DNA of 64,000 nucleotides from Octopus vulgaris (Eukaryota), in the NCBI GenBank assembly GCA_951406725.2, contig OX597825.1, forward strand, positions 73,532,001 through 73,596,000, read 5' to 3'. Within the stretch, counting starts at the first letter, position 1. Each line of letters opens with the position of its first letter. Made by a program: the position numbers and the translations under genes. The notes below the pieces were generated by a model. That model worked only from the letters and a program-made list of their open reading frames with translations, was not told the origin of the DNA and ran no database searches. Shown piece after piece: positions 1 through 13,673 of this stretch.

Positions 1-271
1 TATATATATATATATATATATATAAATAAGGGTGAGATCGTTAATTTAAATATCGATCTTATCAAGTGGCCAGCATGGGAATAAAAACCTTCAAAGGTGT
101 AATAATTATTATTAAAAAAAAATAAGGGTATCTAAGATATACCACCGTGCTGGACATAGCAGCCAAAAGCTGCCACTACAACCAGATTAAATGAACATTT
201 AATATGGTTTTAGAGTCAGGTTTTGGCTGCTCTTTCCAGCGTGGTAGTATCTCTTAGCTACCCTAAATTAT

Positions 272-327
<56 letters not shown>

Positions 328-334
328 GTATAAT

Positions 335-473
335 AGGCGGCGATCTGGCAGAAATGTTAGCGCGCCGGGCGAAATGCGTTGCCGTATTTCGTCTGTCGTT
401 ATGTTCTGAGTTCAAATTCCGCCGAGGTCGACTTTGCCTTTCATCCTCTCGGGGTCGATAAATTAAGTACCAG

Positions 474-474
<1 letters not shown>
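335..474 (+). mobile_element. SINE family 2 (GGCGGCGAGCTGGCAGAA head; GTCGACTTTGCCTTTCATCCTTTCGGGGTCGATAAATTAAGTACC central domain), truncated copy
   Basis: Same sequence recurs near 4390, 4615-4812(-), 7655, 23680-23890(-), 27430, 30376(-), 32745(-), 33979, 36280, 38663(-), 43475(-), 51830, 55040 and 61295(-). Central block resembles the Meta/MESC-type SINE domain (from memory). Confidence 0.8.
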
Positions 475-515
<41 letters not shown>

Positions 516-1538
516 TTTGAACACCAAGAGGAGAGTGGAGATTTATTCACATCCAAAACTTTTTTATTAAAATGTTTTCTATAGCATATATAACATTGGC
601 CAACATATGTTTCTGCTGCAGCAACTGCACACTGCTCTGTATCCAGTCCCACAGGAGATTTTCATTTCCATTTGTATGACCACATGCCATCACAGCTTTG
701 TGGCTGCACGGCATTTTTTGTGATGTTTTGTATGTTTTGTTCCGTCACGCTTGTTTCTGTCATTGTCCTGTTCATTAATTAGCTATTCCCAGTGGTTTTT
801 TGCCACTTGATTTGCTTGGCTAAACACTTGAAGTCGGTGCTCCAGCATGTCTGCAGCTCTCGTCCTGAAACAAGTAAATGATTAAACATGTGGTAGCCAT
901 GCCTGGATAGGCTTGCATGATTATAACCACGATGATACAAAACAACAAACAACCACAACAACAAAACCCCTACTTTGAATCCGGAACCCAAAACCCAGTC
1001 TCTGGTAACCCCTATCTGTAAGTCCTCATCTGTTTTCATTTTTAATTATTTCATAGACAGGGTCATTTATGGTTGTAGTTAATAAATATAACGAACATTG
1101 ATCAATAATGAAAAGGAAAGAATTGATTTTCCCATTGCAAAGTCATTTGCTAATGCCGCAGGGTTTAATACAAATATCCAAAGAGACATTTGCTGCCACA
1201 GAACTTGGCATATCTCTTATAATGACTTGCTTTCTTTATTATTTTCCCAACAAGCTATCACAAACAGAATTTATTCATTATTTTTATTATTTGTTGATTT
1301 TTTTATTACATTTTGTTCTCCTGTCTTTTGTTGTTGTGTTTTGTTTTGTTTTTTTTGTCTGCAAGTCAAATAATCTTTCCTTGTTATCCATAGTAACAAG
1401 AACTGTGTTAACAAGAAACTCAGTAAAAGGACATAAATGATGCCAAACCATTATTGATGACAGAACTGCTGTCATTGAGGTTATATTACAGAAGTTACTT
1501 TTCCAACTCTATTTTTCAAATGCTTTATGCACATACAT

Positions 1539-1955
1539 AGGTGCATGTGTGGCAGAGTGGTAAGAAGCTTGCCTTCCAACCACATGGTTCTGGGTTCACT
1601 CCTACTGAGTGGCACCTTGGGAAAATGTCTTCTACTATAGCCTTGGGCTGACCAAAGCCTTGTGAATGGATTTGGTAGACAGAAACTGAAAGAAACCATT
1701 ACATATATATATATGTATATGTTTGTCTTTGTCTTTGTGTCTGTTTGTCCCTTCAACATCGCTTGACAGCCGATGTTGGTGTGTTTATGTCCCCATAACT
1801 TAGTGGCTCGGCAAAAGAAGCTGATAGAATAAGTACTAGGCTTACAAAGAACAAGTCTTGGGGTTGATTTCTTCAACTAAAACCCTTTAAGGAGGTGCTC
1901 CAGCATGGCCACAGTCAAATGACTGAAACTAGGAAAAGAATAAAAAAGTAAAAGT
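1539..1955 (+). mobile_element. tRNA-derived SINE family 1 (~400 bp, CORE-like GGCACCTTGGGCAAGTGTCTT block, AAAAGAGT/AAAAGAAT tail)
   Basis: A-box-like TGGCNGTGTGG and B-box-like GGTTCA, internal (TA/TG)n, 3' CCAGCATGGCCACAGTCAAATGACTGAAAC. More than 15 full or partial copies in the window. Confidence 0.85.
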
Positions 1956-2419
1956 ATACATGGGCACGTGTGCATGTATGCATGTAGCACTTTTTTTGTT
2001 TAAAGATGCAAGCCCAGGTAGGCAGTGCCATCCTAGCAACATTGTAGGGCCCTGAGAAAATCAGTGCCCTTGGCCAAATAATATTTCTTTATTGACTGCA
2101 AGGTGCAGCATTCATAGATCACAGTTGGGCCCCTAAAGCTGTGAGGCTCCTAGGCAACTGCCTAGTGTGTCTATACCATAAGATGGTACTGGGCATGTAC
2201 ATAGATGCAGGGTTAAGAAGCTTCATTTGCAACTGCAAGGTTTCAGGTTCAGTTCCACTGTGCAACACCTTGAACAAATGTCTTCTACTATAGTCCCAAA
2301 CTGAAATAATTATAGATCTGGAAACTTTGTAAAAGGAAACTGTGTGGAAGCCCATCATATGTATACATATTTATATACATTTTATAATGAAGCCCTTCAT
2401 ATACATACATATGTGTACA

Positions 2420-2860
2420 CACTATACAATGTATATGAATATGTATATATTATATAATGTATATAAGTAGGTATATATATTATATAAGATATATAAATGT
2501 TTATATATTATATAATGTATATAAGCAGGTGTATATATTATATAATGTATATAAATATGTATATATATCATACAATGTATATAAGTAGGTATATATACAT
2601 CATATAATGTATATAAATATGTATATCATCATCATCATCATCATTTAACGTCTGATATATAATATATAATGTATATAAATGTTTATATATTATATAATGT
2701 ATATAAGCAGGTGTATATATTATATAATGTATATAAATATGTATATATAATTTATAATGTATATAAGAAGGTATATATATTATATAATGTATATAAATAT
2801 GTATATATATTATATAATATATATAAGCAGGTATATATATTATATAATGTATATACATTA
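2420..2860. repeat. ~30-bp AT-rich minisatellite (GTATATATATTATATAATGTATATAA + GCAG/ATAT alternating) inside a family 1 SINE
   Basis: Unit repeats directly with two alternating variants; SINE 5' half lies at ~2190-2360 and 3' half at ~2860-3065. Confidence 0.75.
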
Positions 2861-3373
2861 TGTGTGTGTTTTATGTTTGTGTGTCTCCCTCACCATCAGT
2901 TGACAACTGGTGTTGATTTGTTTATCTCCCTGTAACCGAACAGTTCAGCAAAAGAGAATGATGAAATAAGCATCAGACTTAACTGATAAACACCGGAATT
3001 GATTTGCTCAACTAAACTCCTCAAGGTGGTGCCCCAGCATGGCCACAGTCCAATGACTGAACAAGAACTTTGGTAGGAACCACAGCAATTGGTAAGCAAC
3101 GATTTAGAAAGTAATACAGTTTATGACGTTTACGCAAAACATTAGGGCGCCAAAATAGGTGACTTGCGCATGGTTTGTATATAAAAGAAATTATTGCATT
3201 TTGTGAGAGGGTGGTGGTGGCTGCAGAAAAGGTGGTGGTGGGTGTTCTCTTGTTAAAGCAATAAGACATTACATATATGGAAACACAAACAAATTGCTAA
3301 AGAATTTTATATTCCTTGCTTGAACGAATCCTTTAGAAAGGAGGAAAATAAAGCAATATATGTCTATATGTCT

Positions 3374-3412
<39 letters not shown>

Positions 3413-6400
3413 GTTTTTTCATTTAATCTTTATAATAAAAGCTCTCGAAATCCATGGCTGCTACAATAAAATTTGTATTCACTTGTCGTTAGATGGTATC
3501 TGCTGTGACCTGTGATGTAAACATACGTTCTGGTTATGGTAGCTGTTATTGATTGCCAAGTCAGAATCTCACACATCAGAAAAATTTTACTATTCAAAAC
3601 ATGTGAGCGTGAGTATGAAAGTGTATGTGTATGTGCAGATGTGTATGTGTGCATATGTGGGTGGGTGACTGTATGTGTATGTGTGTGTGTTTGTGTACTA
3701 ATAAAAGAAGAGAAAAAAAAATGAGGGTATTTTATCATCTTATATAAATTTTATCTTAGATAGTATCTTCTGTTTTATGGTTCCACAATCCTCACCAGAG
3801 TTATACCTCATCCGCTAACTGTTAGCACTATTCACTCACTCGACGAATTCTGTAACAATCATTAACAAGCGATAGATATTCCGGTAAAATAAAATAATAA
3901 AAAAAAAACTGGTTGTTCTGATTCCAAGAATAATTCTCAGAGAAAGAAAAAAAAAAACAAAAGAAAAAAAACTAAAGCAATGAATATAAAAAATATAAAT
4001 AAAAAGTGAATCTAAAAAATTTACATTTACTTCATGGATTTTGTGTTAGATGATGCAAGACACATGAGTCATATAAACTATGACATATCTTAAATACACA
4101 GATATATCTCATGACATAATGATGTGACTTATATGTTGACAAACCAATGAGGAAGCTCTCAAAGTGGTTAGTTGCCCTGTTAGAAACAGCAACCAAATCT
4201 TCTTCAAAACATACTACTTTCTTTAAAGAACAGAATATATAAGAAAATATTCTGAATGAATGAGTATTCCCTTTTTTTTATTGCTGAGGGTTGCTGGAAG
4301 TCCATTGTGACTTGGCACTCTCTCCAGGATTAATAGGGACCGTGGGCCTCAAGTTCTCATCCATTTTGACTTAATGTCAGAATTAAGCTGACAAGCTGTC
4401 AGAGTTGTTAGCGTTCGAGGAAAAATGCAGAACAGTAATTCTTCCAACTTTTACATTCCGAGTTCAAATTCTCCTGAGTTTGCCTTTGTCTTTTCATCCT
4501 TTGGGGTTGGTGAAAATAACCACCAATAACAACTAGGGGGTGGGGATCGCTGCCATCAATTACTACAACTCCATGAAATTTCTGGTCTCATGCCTATATT
4601 GGTTTCATAATTTGGCACAAACCTTGCAAATTCACTGAATGGGTAATTTGATTAAATCAACCCTAGGCCTCAACTGGTACTTAATATATTGACCCTGAAA
4701 AAATAAAAGGCAAAGTCGACATCGATGGAATTTGAACTCAGTACATAAAGATATATGAAATGCTACTTAGCGCTTTGCCCAGTGTGCTATTGATTCTGCC
4801 AGCTCACCACCTTATCTTATGACCATATGGGAACGATTTTACTGTTGAGATTGTCTCCCTTAGCTGATGCATCTACCCAGACTCTTATACAAGCAGTGAG
4901 GGCCTTAGACTTGGAGCTGTTGAGCTCTACACCTCATGATTTGGCTGCCATCCAAGGTTGCTGGGCTCAAACTGCCCAATTATACCACTGGTATAACTGT
5001 GGACAGAGTTGTGACTTCTCTTACAGAATTATGGAGAGAATGAAATCTATGTGACATGAGAGTATGTTGGATTGATAGATGATGAAAAGGTTGGTTGGTT
5101 TCTTGAAACGTGTGTTGCGATTTGTTAGATCACAGAACCCCAGGACCTTAACCCAATATCATTCAGATTACTCTGCCAAATGTAATCCTTATTTATTCAT
5201 GATATTTTGAAGTAATCATGCATTTTCTCATAGCTTTAAGATTTCAATAATATAATTGATTGTTTACATAGTGACATTGTAGGGTAAGTGTGAGAAGACA
5301 GACCTGGCTAGTTTGAATATAAAAGATATTTTGGTCAGATGTGTCCAGTTCAAATGCTAGGGGGTTAAGACCTCCCCGTTTCTTGTATCATATCCGTAAC
5401 TTCCATATGTGTCTCAGAAGCCATAAACTCATGCCAGTATGGATGCTGGGTGTAAAATGATTAGGATGAAGATGATGATGATGTGAATGTCAATGAGGAT
5501 AATGATGATGATGATGTGTGCTTCATCCTCAACTGGTTTTTAAACACACCTGATACACCGGAATTTCTAAGCTCCATGCACTATTACAGCATAGCCAGTC
5601 ACCTTACCTTGAATTTATCTTTCCTGCTGGGTTTCTAGTAATGGACCCTCACCAGGCAAGTCTTAATTATGTCTTCAGAAACTAAACTGGTAAAGTAACA
5701 GGTTGTATTTGACTAAACATTTCCAGTAAAACTGTAGGAATGTCTTGACATAAAATGTCATTCTAAATATCATCATCAATTTGATGTCCACTTTTCCAAG
5801 CTTGCATGGGTAATGTGGAAATTGTTCAGGCAGATTTTCTAGGGCCAGATGCCCTTGCTGTCACCAAACCTCACTTGTTTCTAAGCAAAGTAAATATTTC
5901 CCCAAGGACTGACATGGCTTCATAGAATATTAGAAACATGCAACATTGCTTTTATGACAGCCATATTTATTTACAACTAATACATGATGTCAAGACGAAG
6001 CGATACATACAGGCACACACACACATATACATATGATGGGCTTCTTTCAGTTTCCATTTGCCAAATCCATTCTCAAGGCTTTGGTTGACCAGAGGCTATA
6101 GTAGAGGACTATAGCCCTTCCTGAGATGTCACACTGTGTGATTGAACCTGAGACCATGTGGTTGGGAAGCAAGCCTCTTAACCACCCAGCCACACACCCA
6201 CAAACACAACCATGCGTGTGCACACACACACATACACTTGCAGTAGGATTGAACTCAAAATGACATGGTTGGGAAGTGAGCTTCTTAAACAAACAGCCAA
6301 GCCTACATCATAAGAATCAATATTTTTAATAAAATGTTCATCAGTAATTATGAATTTGTTTAGGCAAAATATATCTTTCAATCGTTCGACAGTTTATAAA

Positions 6401-7142
6401 TTCAAAAATAAAACTAAAAATCACTTTCTATGTTTTCCAAATTACCAGAACAGCTGATGGCTGATGAAACAAATAATTATATTAATTATTAATTTAATTA
6501 CAAAAAGAAAAAAAACACACGACAAATAAAAAAGAGGGAATTATTTTTATCAAAGAGGGGCAATAAATATTATTTCAAGTACATGGGTTGTAGTCTTAAT
6601 CCATTATTTTAACCCATGACCCTAATCTGTTACACAACTTATGAGTAATGTATGATACCTTGGGCACCTAAACAGGGGTCCAGTCTGCTGAAAATATCTG
6701 TAGTGAGGCTCCTACTGAGATTTGAACAACCACAATCATGTTCTCTGGCTCAGGACCAAGTAATAAGAGGCAAGGCCAGTCAATCCCATTTGTGAAAAAC
6801 GAATTGTGTCACCATAAAATGCATTAGTGTCTATGTGAACATGGCTCTACCAATCACATTGGCTGGTATGTAACCAAGTGAGAGGGTGTCTTCTTGCCAA
6901 ATACACTTGGTTGAACATTCTAGAAATTCCATGTAATGTTATAAAAAGCTGAGATTTTGAACCCCCAGACAGAAAGACTTCTGATGCTACTCGAAACTAT
7001 GTCACTCAATTCTATGATAGGTGTTCTCAGTTTTTCTACTTGTTCTGTCTAGAACGACCTAAGATGCAACTTGAAACTATTCCAATTCCTTCTACTTAAT
7101 TTGTTTTCAATCATTACAAACTGTCATAGTGTTACTGTTTAA

Positions 7143-7532
7143 TCATCATATATATAAAGCTGAAGTTGTCTGTGTGTGGCAGGTTTGGTAGTCTTCAACT
7201 AACACTATCTCCTCCGAGACCCTGTGGCGCAAGTTGACCAAAATTGAGAGTATGATAAAAGAAGGCTTGCTATTCCTTCCGTAGAAGAAAAAATTCAAAT
7301 CGGACCATGTTAACACCAAGAATTATTTACATGAAAATGGTGCTTTTTTCTATGAAAATCCTTATTTTTTATGATTTTTTGACTGCTGTGTCGCCATTTT
7401 TCGGTGTATTTCAACCAGAAAAATGTTCACTTAAAGAGAATAACAAGCTACATGATGCAAAATTTTTACTTTCAAAAATTCCAATTTTAAAGGGCCGAAA
7501 CAAATTGGAGAAACGCCGGGCGACACTGCTAG
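7143..7532 (+). mobile_element. Non-autonomous Helitron-like element
   Basis: 5' A|TC...TATATAAAG...GTCTGTGTGT and 3' GC-rich AAACGCCGGGCGACACTG-CTAG|T. The 3' end matches the element at 32341-32709. The 5' start could be 7143 or 7146. Confidence 0.7.
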
Positions 7533-7848
7533 TATATTAGATAGTGAAACTTGTAGCTCATTCCATTCTGTATCTCTTATTTGCCCTTCTTTTTACTCAA
7601 TTCTTGTATATGTAAAGGCAGATATTCCATGGAAATAAGATGTTTCAGAACCATCAACATGCTGGACATAGCACTTGGTAGCATTTCCTCTTCCTTCAGC
7701 TTCATGTTCAGAGTTCAAATGCTGTCAAGGTTGACTTTGCTTTCATCTTTTCAAGAATTGATAAAATAAATACCAATTGAGCACCAGTGTTGATGTAACT
7801 GATTAGTCACAAAACTTCAGACTTTCTACCTATAGTAGAGAGAATGCT

Positions 7849-8255
7849 CTTTTACTCGTTTACTTGTTTCAGTCATTTGACTGTGGCCATGCTGGAGCAC
7901 CGCCTTTAGTCGAGCAAGTCCACCCCAGGACTTATTCCTTGTAAGCCTGGTACTTATTCTATTGGTCTCTTTTGTCAACCCGCTAATTTACAGGGACGTA
8001 AACACACCAGCATCGGTTGTCAAGTGATGTTGGGGGGACAAACACAGAAACACAAACATATACACACACATACATATATATATATACATATATATGACAG
8101 GCTTCTTTCAGTTTCTGTCTACCAAATCCACTCAAAAGACTTTGGTCGGCCCAAGGTTATAGTAGAAGACAATTGCCCAAGGTGCCACGCAGTGGGACTG
8201 AACTCGGAACCATGTGGTTGGTAAGCAAGCTACTTACCACACAGCCACTCCTATA
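7849..8255 (-). mobile_element. SINE family 1, near full length
   Basis: Reverse complement of the 1539-1955 and 20214-20640 copies. Confidence 0.85.
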
Positions 8256-9386
8256 CCTATATTGAATATTTATGTGAGAATTATAGACATAAGCACAGAT
8301 ATGGTTATATGGTTAGAAAATCGCTTCTGAATGACATGGTTTGGGGTTCAGTTCCAATGTGTGACATGTTGGGCAAATATATTCTACTATTGCCTCAGGT
8401 TGACCAAAATTATGTTAGTGGATTTGGTAGATGGAAACTAAAAGAAGCCTGTCATATATGCACTATGGACAGTCCCTTGGTCTCCCTCTAGATCATTCTT
8501 CCAGGGTTTTACTCTCATTTGACCCATCAGCTGCGGGATGGAAGAAGCCTCGTGACAGATTCCATTTGAGATGACTGGACATGATTTGGGAAGGTCTGCA
8601 GAAGCTCAACAGAGAGCACTGGTGGACCTGGTTGGCTCATTGCTTGATGATGTCTCTGGGACCACGGACCTGGGATGGCCCCAGCTTCATCAAGCAACAT
8701 GTAACAGGCAGCAGCATATGTGTGTGTGTGCATGGTGTGTGTGTGTGTGTATGTGTGTGTCTCATCACTGCTTGACGACCGGTGTTGGTTCGTTTACATT
8801 CTCATAACTTAGCAGTTTGGAAAAAGAGACTGACAGAATAAGTATCAGCCTTAAAAAATAAAAATAAAAACTGAGGTCAATTCATTCAACTAGAAACTCT
8901 TCAATTTGGTGCCCCAGTATGGCCACAATCTGATAACCGAAACAATTAAAAAACAAATGACCAAAAGAACAATGGGCAACCTACCAGTTGTTGCTATTTA
9001 TTAATAACTATAGAGCAACCCTAAGTGCATTGAGCGTCAGAGCCAGCGCAAAAACGCAGTTTTGAGGACCACTTAAAAGTACCTTCCCATCAATCATCAA
9101 TCTTAGAAAGCACATTAAAAACGTTTAGCAGTTCCTTGCACTTTCTTCCTTCTTCTCACTTTTTTCCCCTGAGAAACTGAAATCAAATAAATCTCTTCTG
9201 GCGAAAGCAGCAATTCTCCTCTGGAACTTTTGGCACTTAGCAAAAGCACTATAACCAATATTTATGCGAAAAAGTTGGGGGAATCTTTTCTTTTGCATAT
9301 CTTATTCCAGCTCTTGATTTTGTCTCAGTGTTGTTTACGGCCTTTCTTAAAGTAATAAAGCATACGTGCATACACATATTGATATA

Positions 9387-9458
<72 letters not shown>

Positions 9459-9679
9459 CATACATACATACATGTATATATATGCATATATATATACATA
9501 TATATATATATGCATATAGCTATATATGCATATATATATTTATGTATATATATATGTGTGGGTGTGTGTATATATATGTATATATATATATATATATATA
9601 TAAATATATTCATATATATATATATATAGATATATATACATACATACATACATATAGATATATAGATATATATGCACAA

Positions 9680-9710
<31 letters not shown>

Positions 9711-10247
9711 AATACTCATACCTACATATATTACACACACATGTGTATAGATACCTGGGCATACATACACTTTTGTACACATATCTATATACATGCATAT
9801 AGTTATATCTAAACATCCACACAAAACTATAATTATATATTCATAAATATATATGCGCATACCTTTATCTACACACATATTAACTTATATGCATACATAC
9901 ACATGCACACATATACATACCTATGCTCATACGCACCTATACATACACGTACAATTATACACACTCCAACACATACACATACATCTATACATACACTCTC
10001 TTATACATAAACACTCACATACAACTACATAATCACATACCTATGCATACACACACATGTACATATAACACATGCATTTATGAACCAACAAGTGAATATC
10101 TACATGGTTGCTTTACATGTTAGAAATAGCAGTCAAACACTTTCATATTACACCATGCAATCTGAAAATGAAGGACTGTTTGATAATAAATCTGGCACAA
10201 GAGAAAAGTGAACATTAAAATGATTATTACTATTATTATTATTATTA

Positions 10248-10720
10248 TTGAGTGAGAGAGCAGTTCATGCCATCAAAGTGACACTGGGGTAAAATATACG
10301 AAGCCCAATATACCCATCATGACTATCCGTCTGATAAGGGTACACCAGGCACATGCATCACAACCATATGTGCGCGACATGGTGATCTCATATCAAGATA
10401 AACAGCACATGACCTTGCAGGTGGGGCCCAGTTAGAATTTTCTTCAGGTTGAGTAGCCCATCCCGCTCAAAAGGTCCCTGAATAAGGGTTGTTTAAGGAT
10501 GTTGAAAGAACCACCCATGTTTCCAGAGGTGAATTATCCAAACCCCAAAGAATTCCTCTCAACACATGGCTATGATGCTCCCCCACTACTTCTGCTTGTG
10601 ATCAGAGACGCACTTATCGTCAGCCACTAAGGGACATGCTCAACTGGCTAAGGTCAAACAAGTGACAAGCAAATCTTTGGTAATGAGCAGAATATTTGCT
10701 GTTGCCCATCTTTAATACCA
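10248..10720 (-). mobile_element. Non-coding retroposon with (TAA)n tail embedded in a (TAA)n tract; candidate R4/Dong-mobilised element
   Basis: Flanked on both sides by (ATT)n. Its 3' end ACCCCAGTGTCACTTTGATGGCATG.ACTGCTCTCTCACTC-(AAT)n recurs on + at ~38499-38660. Confidence 0.6.
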
Positions 10721-10781
10721 AATTATTATTATTATTATTAACATATTTAATATAGTGATAGTTAATAAACAAAGAGAAACA

Positions 10782-10975
10782 CATGGCTCAGTGGTCAGAG
10801 CATTGGGCTCACAATGATGAGATTGCAAGTTCAATTCCAAGACCAGGCTGTGTGTTGTGTTCTTGAGCAAGGCACTTCATTTCATGTTGCTCCAGTTCAC
10901 TCAGCTGTAGAAATGAGTTGCGACATCACTAGTGCCAAGCTGTATCAGCCTTTGTCTTTTCCTTGGATAACATCA
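10782..10975 (+). mobile_element. tRNA-derived SINE family 3 (CATGGCTCAGTGG head; TGTGTTCTTGAGCAAGGCACTT CORE-like block)
   Basis: Longer reverse copy at ~25440-25770; A/B-box-like head. Confidence 0.7.
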
Positions 10976-12063
10976 TTCACCATGATTGATCACTAGCCAC
11001 TAAACCTTTTTTATTTTCTCTCCCTGTTTATTTCTGTGTTTCTTTCTGTCGAAGAGCATAGGCTGGAAATGTAAAAGACTTTCTCACTTCCCGAGTGTTA
11101 AACTAATACAGCTGTATTGTAAATTCTCACTATATATATGTATGTAAATATATATATATGTGCGTGTATATATATATATATATTTATATATATGTGCGTG
11201 TGTATATATATATATATTTATATATATATGTACATACATATATTTGTACATACATATATATATATATAATAGGTTTCTTTCAATTTCTGTCCATCAAATC
11301 CTCTCTCAAAGCTTGGTCAGCCTGAGGATACAATAGAAGACACTTGCTCAAGCTGCCACACAGTGGGACTGAACCTTGTACCATGTAGTTTGGAAGCAAG
11401 TTTCTTACCAGACAGCCACTTCTTGCTGTATTTCTACACCATTTTGTATGTGAATCATTAAAGAAGCTAACAAAAAAATATCTACGTGATGAGGAAGAAA
11501 CAATGTTGCAAAATGACTCACACCATTCTCATATTGTAAATAATTATGGGAGACAACTCCAGGCATGTCACACATCATTGTTTTGACCTCATCAGCGAAA
11601 TATAATCTGTTCACATAATTTGACGAAGTAGTGATGGAAAAGATCACAAAGTAAATATATAAAAAAATGAAATATTTGTTTGAGGGGCGGAAACAGAAAT
11701 AGAATCGTTTAGAGATTAATTAATTGAAGCATGCTATACTTGCATTAATGCTGTACAACGTGTGACACGTACAAGACATTTATTATCCACTTCCCCTATT
11801 TAACCTGACTGATCATGTAAGACTAAGTGAAGAAAAGTGATAACAATATGATGGTGAAGTGTTAATATATCTCGGAAACATTGACAAGGTTTGGTGTATC
11901 TGCTCATAGAGCGAAGATCAAGTTTCCTAAGTAGAACTGTTGAATGCATTTATAATGTGTAATTACTTCATGCATAACAAGTCTCAGTTTGGAATGAGTA
12001 ATGACTTTAGAATCGAGGCTTAGAAGCAATGTCACCTAAGAAGACCTGATTAAAACGAATGCA

Positions 12064-12094
<31 letters not shown>

Positions 12095-12119
12095 ATATAT
12101 ATATATATATGTATGTATG

Positions 12120-12182
<63 letters not shown>

Positions 12183-12230
12183 ATATATGTATATATATAT
12201 ATATGTGTGTTGTGTGTGTGTGTGTGTATG

Positions 12231-12267
<37 letters not shown>

Positions 12268-12270
<3 letters not shown>

Positions 12271-12348
12271 GTGTGTGTATGTGCATATATATATATATAT
12301 AGAGAGAGAGAAAGTGAGAGTGAGAGATACATAGATAAATTGATAGAT

Positions 12349-12408
<60 letters not shown>

Positions 12409-12480
12409 ATGTGCATATATATATATATAGAGAGAGAGAGAGAAAGTGAGAGTGAGAGATACATAGATAAATTGATAGAT

Positions 12481-12540
<60 letters not shown>

Positions 12541-12612
12541 ATGTGCATATATATATATATATAGAGAGAGAGAGAAAGTGAGAGTGAGAGATACATAGAT
12601 AAATTGATAGAT

Positions 12613-12650
<38 letters not shown>
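12268..12650. repeat. Three tandem copies of a ~130-bp compound microsatellite unit
   Basis: GTGTGTATGTGC-(AT)n-(AG)n-AAAGTGAGAGTGAGAGATACATAGATAAATTGATAGATTG-(AT)n repeated three times. Confidence 0.85.
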
Positions 12651-12652
<2 letters not shown>

Positions 12653-13003
12653 ATAAATATATAAATATATGTACAGTAGTACATTGCATTTCGAACAACT
12701 CTGATCATAAATAAATCATGATATATATATATATATATATATAGACATACATGCAAACATATACATATATTAATACACACACACACATATACTATATATA
12801 TGTATATCCATGCGTGTGCGTGTGTATCAGGAACAGATAGTTGCTAATGAAGGTGATTAAATTACTCTTGTTCTTTTCTCATCCATTAATTGATATTTCA
12901 CTGCATATTTTCTTGATGCCATACTCTTCAACAGATGTATATTAAGTTCTAACAACTGGATGTTAGCATAACTATCCCATAATAAAATCGTTATATATAT
13001 ATA

Positions 13004-13673
13004 TAGACAGGTTTAAGAGACAGAATCACCCTCAAGCAATTCAATCATCATTGAATGACATTATCCACAACAGGTACATATAGGACTAAATATTAAAATG
13101 TGTGTAGTAAAGTATATGATTTGAAATAAGAATTGAAGGTATTAATTTTGATAATTTGGTATAAGAATTGTAGGTATTAATTTTGATAATTTTAATATTT
13201 AGTCCTATATGTACCTATTGTGCGTCCCCAAAGTCCATCCCCTCTTCACCGTGGTGGGGATACTGGCAACGGGTACTGTCAGAGCTATGCCGTCGGGAAC
13301 TTTGGTTCCTGGTAGGGCCACCCAAGGCGGATTGGTCTGACACCGAGTGGTATTAGGGCCACAACCCGGCAGAGAGGGCTCTGGTGAAAATCCTCAGAGC
13401 GTCTGTTTCGGCAACCAGCGGCTCCTTGGTCGTTCTGTCCCTGCATCTGTGGCAAACAATCTGTGGCAAACAGGATGTCTCCACATGCAGGATTGTTGGG
13501 GACCGCTTGTGAAATCCACATATTCCCATGAAAATTCTTCCATGGTAGAGGAAGTCGACTCAACCCACCCAGGGTGAATGTTGCCACAAGTACAAGCAAG
13601 TACCTATTGTGGATAATGTCATTCAATGATGATTGAGTCGCTTGAGGTTGATTCTGTCTCTTAAACATATCTA
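13004..13673. mobile_element. Fold-back/MITE-like element with ~95-bp inverted arms, right arm split by an insertion
   Basis: 13004-13099 is the reverse complement of 13189-13222 joined to 13612-13673; (TA)n on both flanks. Confidence 0.8.
13223..13599 (+). mobile_element. 377-bp GC-rich retroposon with a 12-bp target-site duplication (probable RTE-derived SINE)
   Basis: GTACCTATTGTG is duplicated at 13211-13222 and 13600-13611. The 3' tail is short repeats ACAAGT-ACAAGC-AAG. Internal GAGCTATGCCGTCGG...CCTGGTAGGGCCACCCAAGGCGGATTGGTC resembles RTE-clade 5' UTRs (from memory). Confidence 0.75.

Noticed and set aside
3840-3849. Minus-strand CAG|AATTCGTCGA|GTGAGT as a possible SK microexon
   Set aside because: Ten nucleotides would shift the frame, the pyrimidine tract is weak, and extension to later donors meets a stop in the SK frame.
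8470-8710. Possible RTE 3' fragment (GWKKPR-like), similar to 4830-5120 on minus
   Set aside because: Too decayed to delimit or classify by eye.
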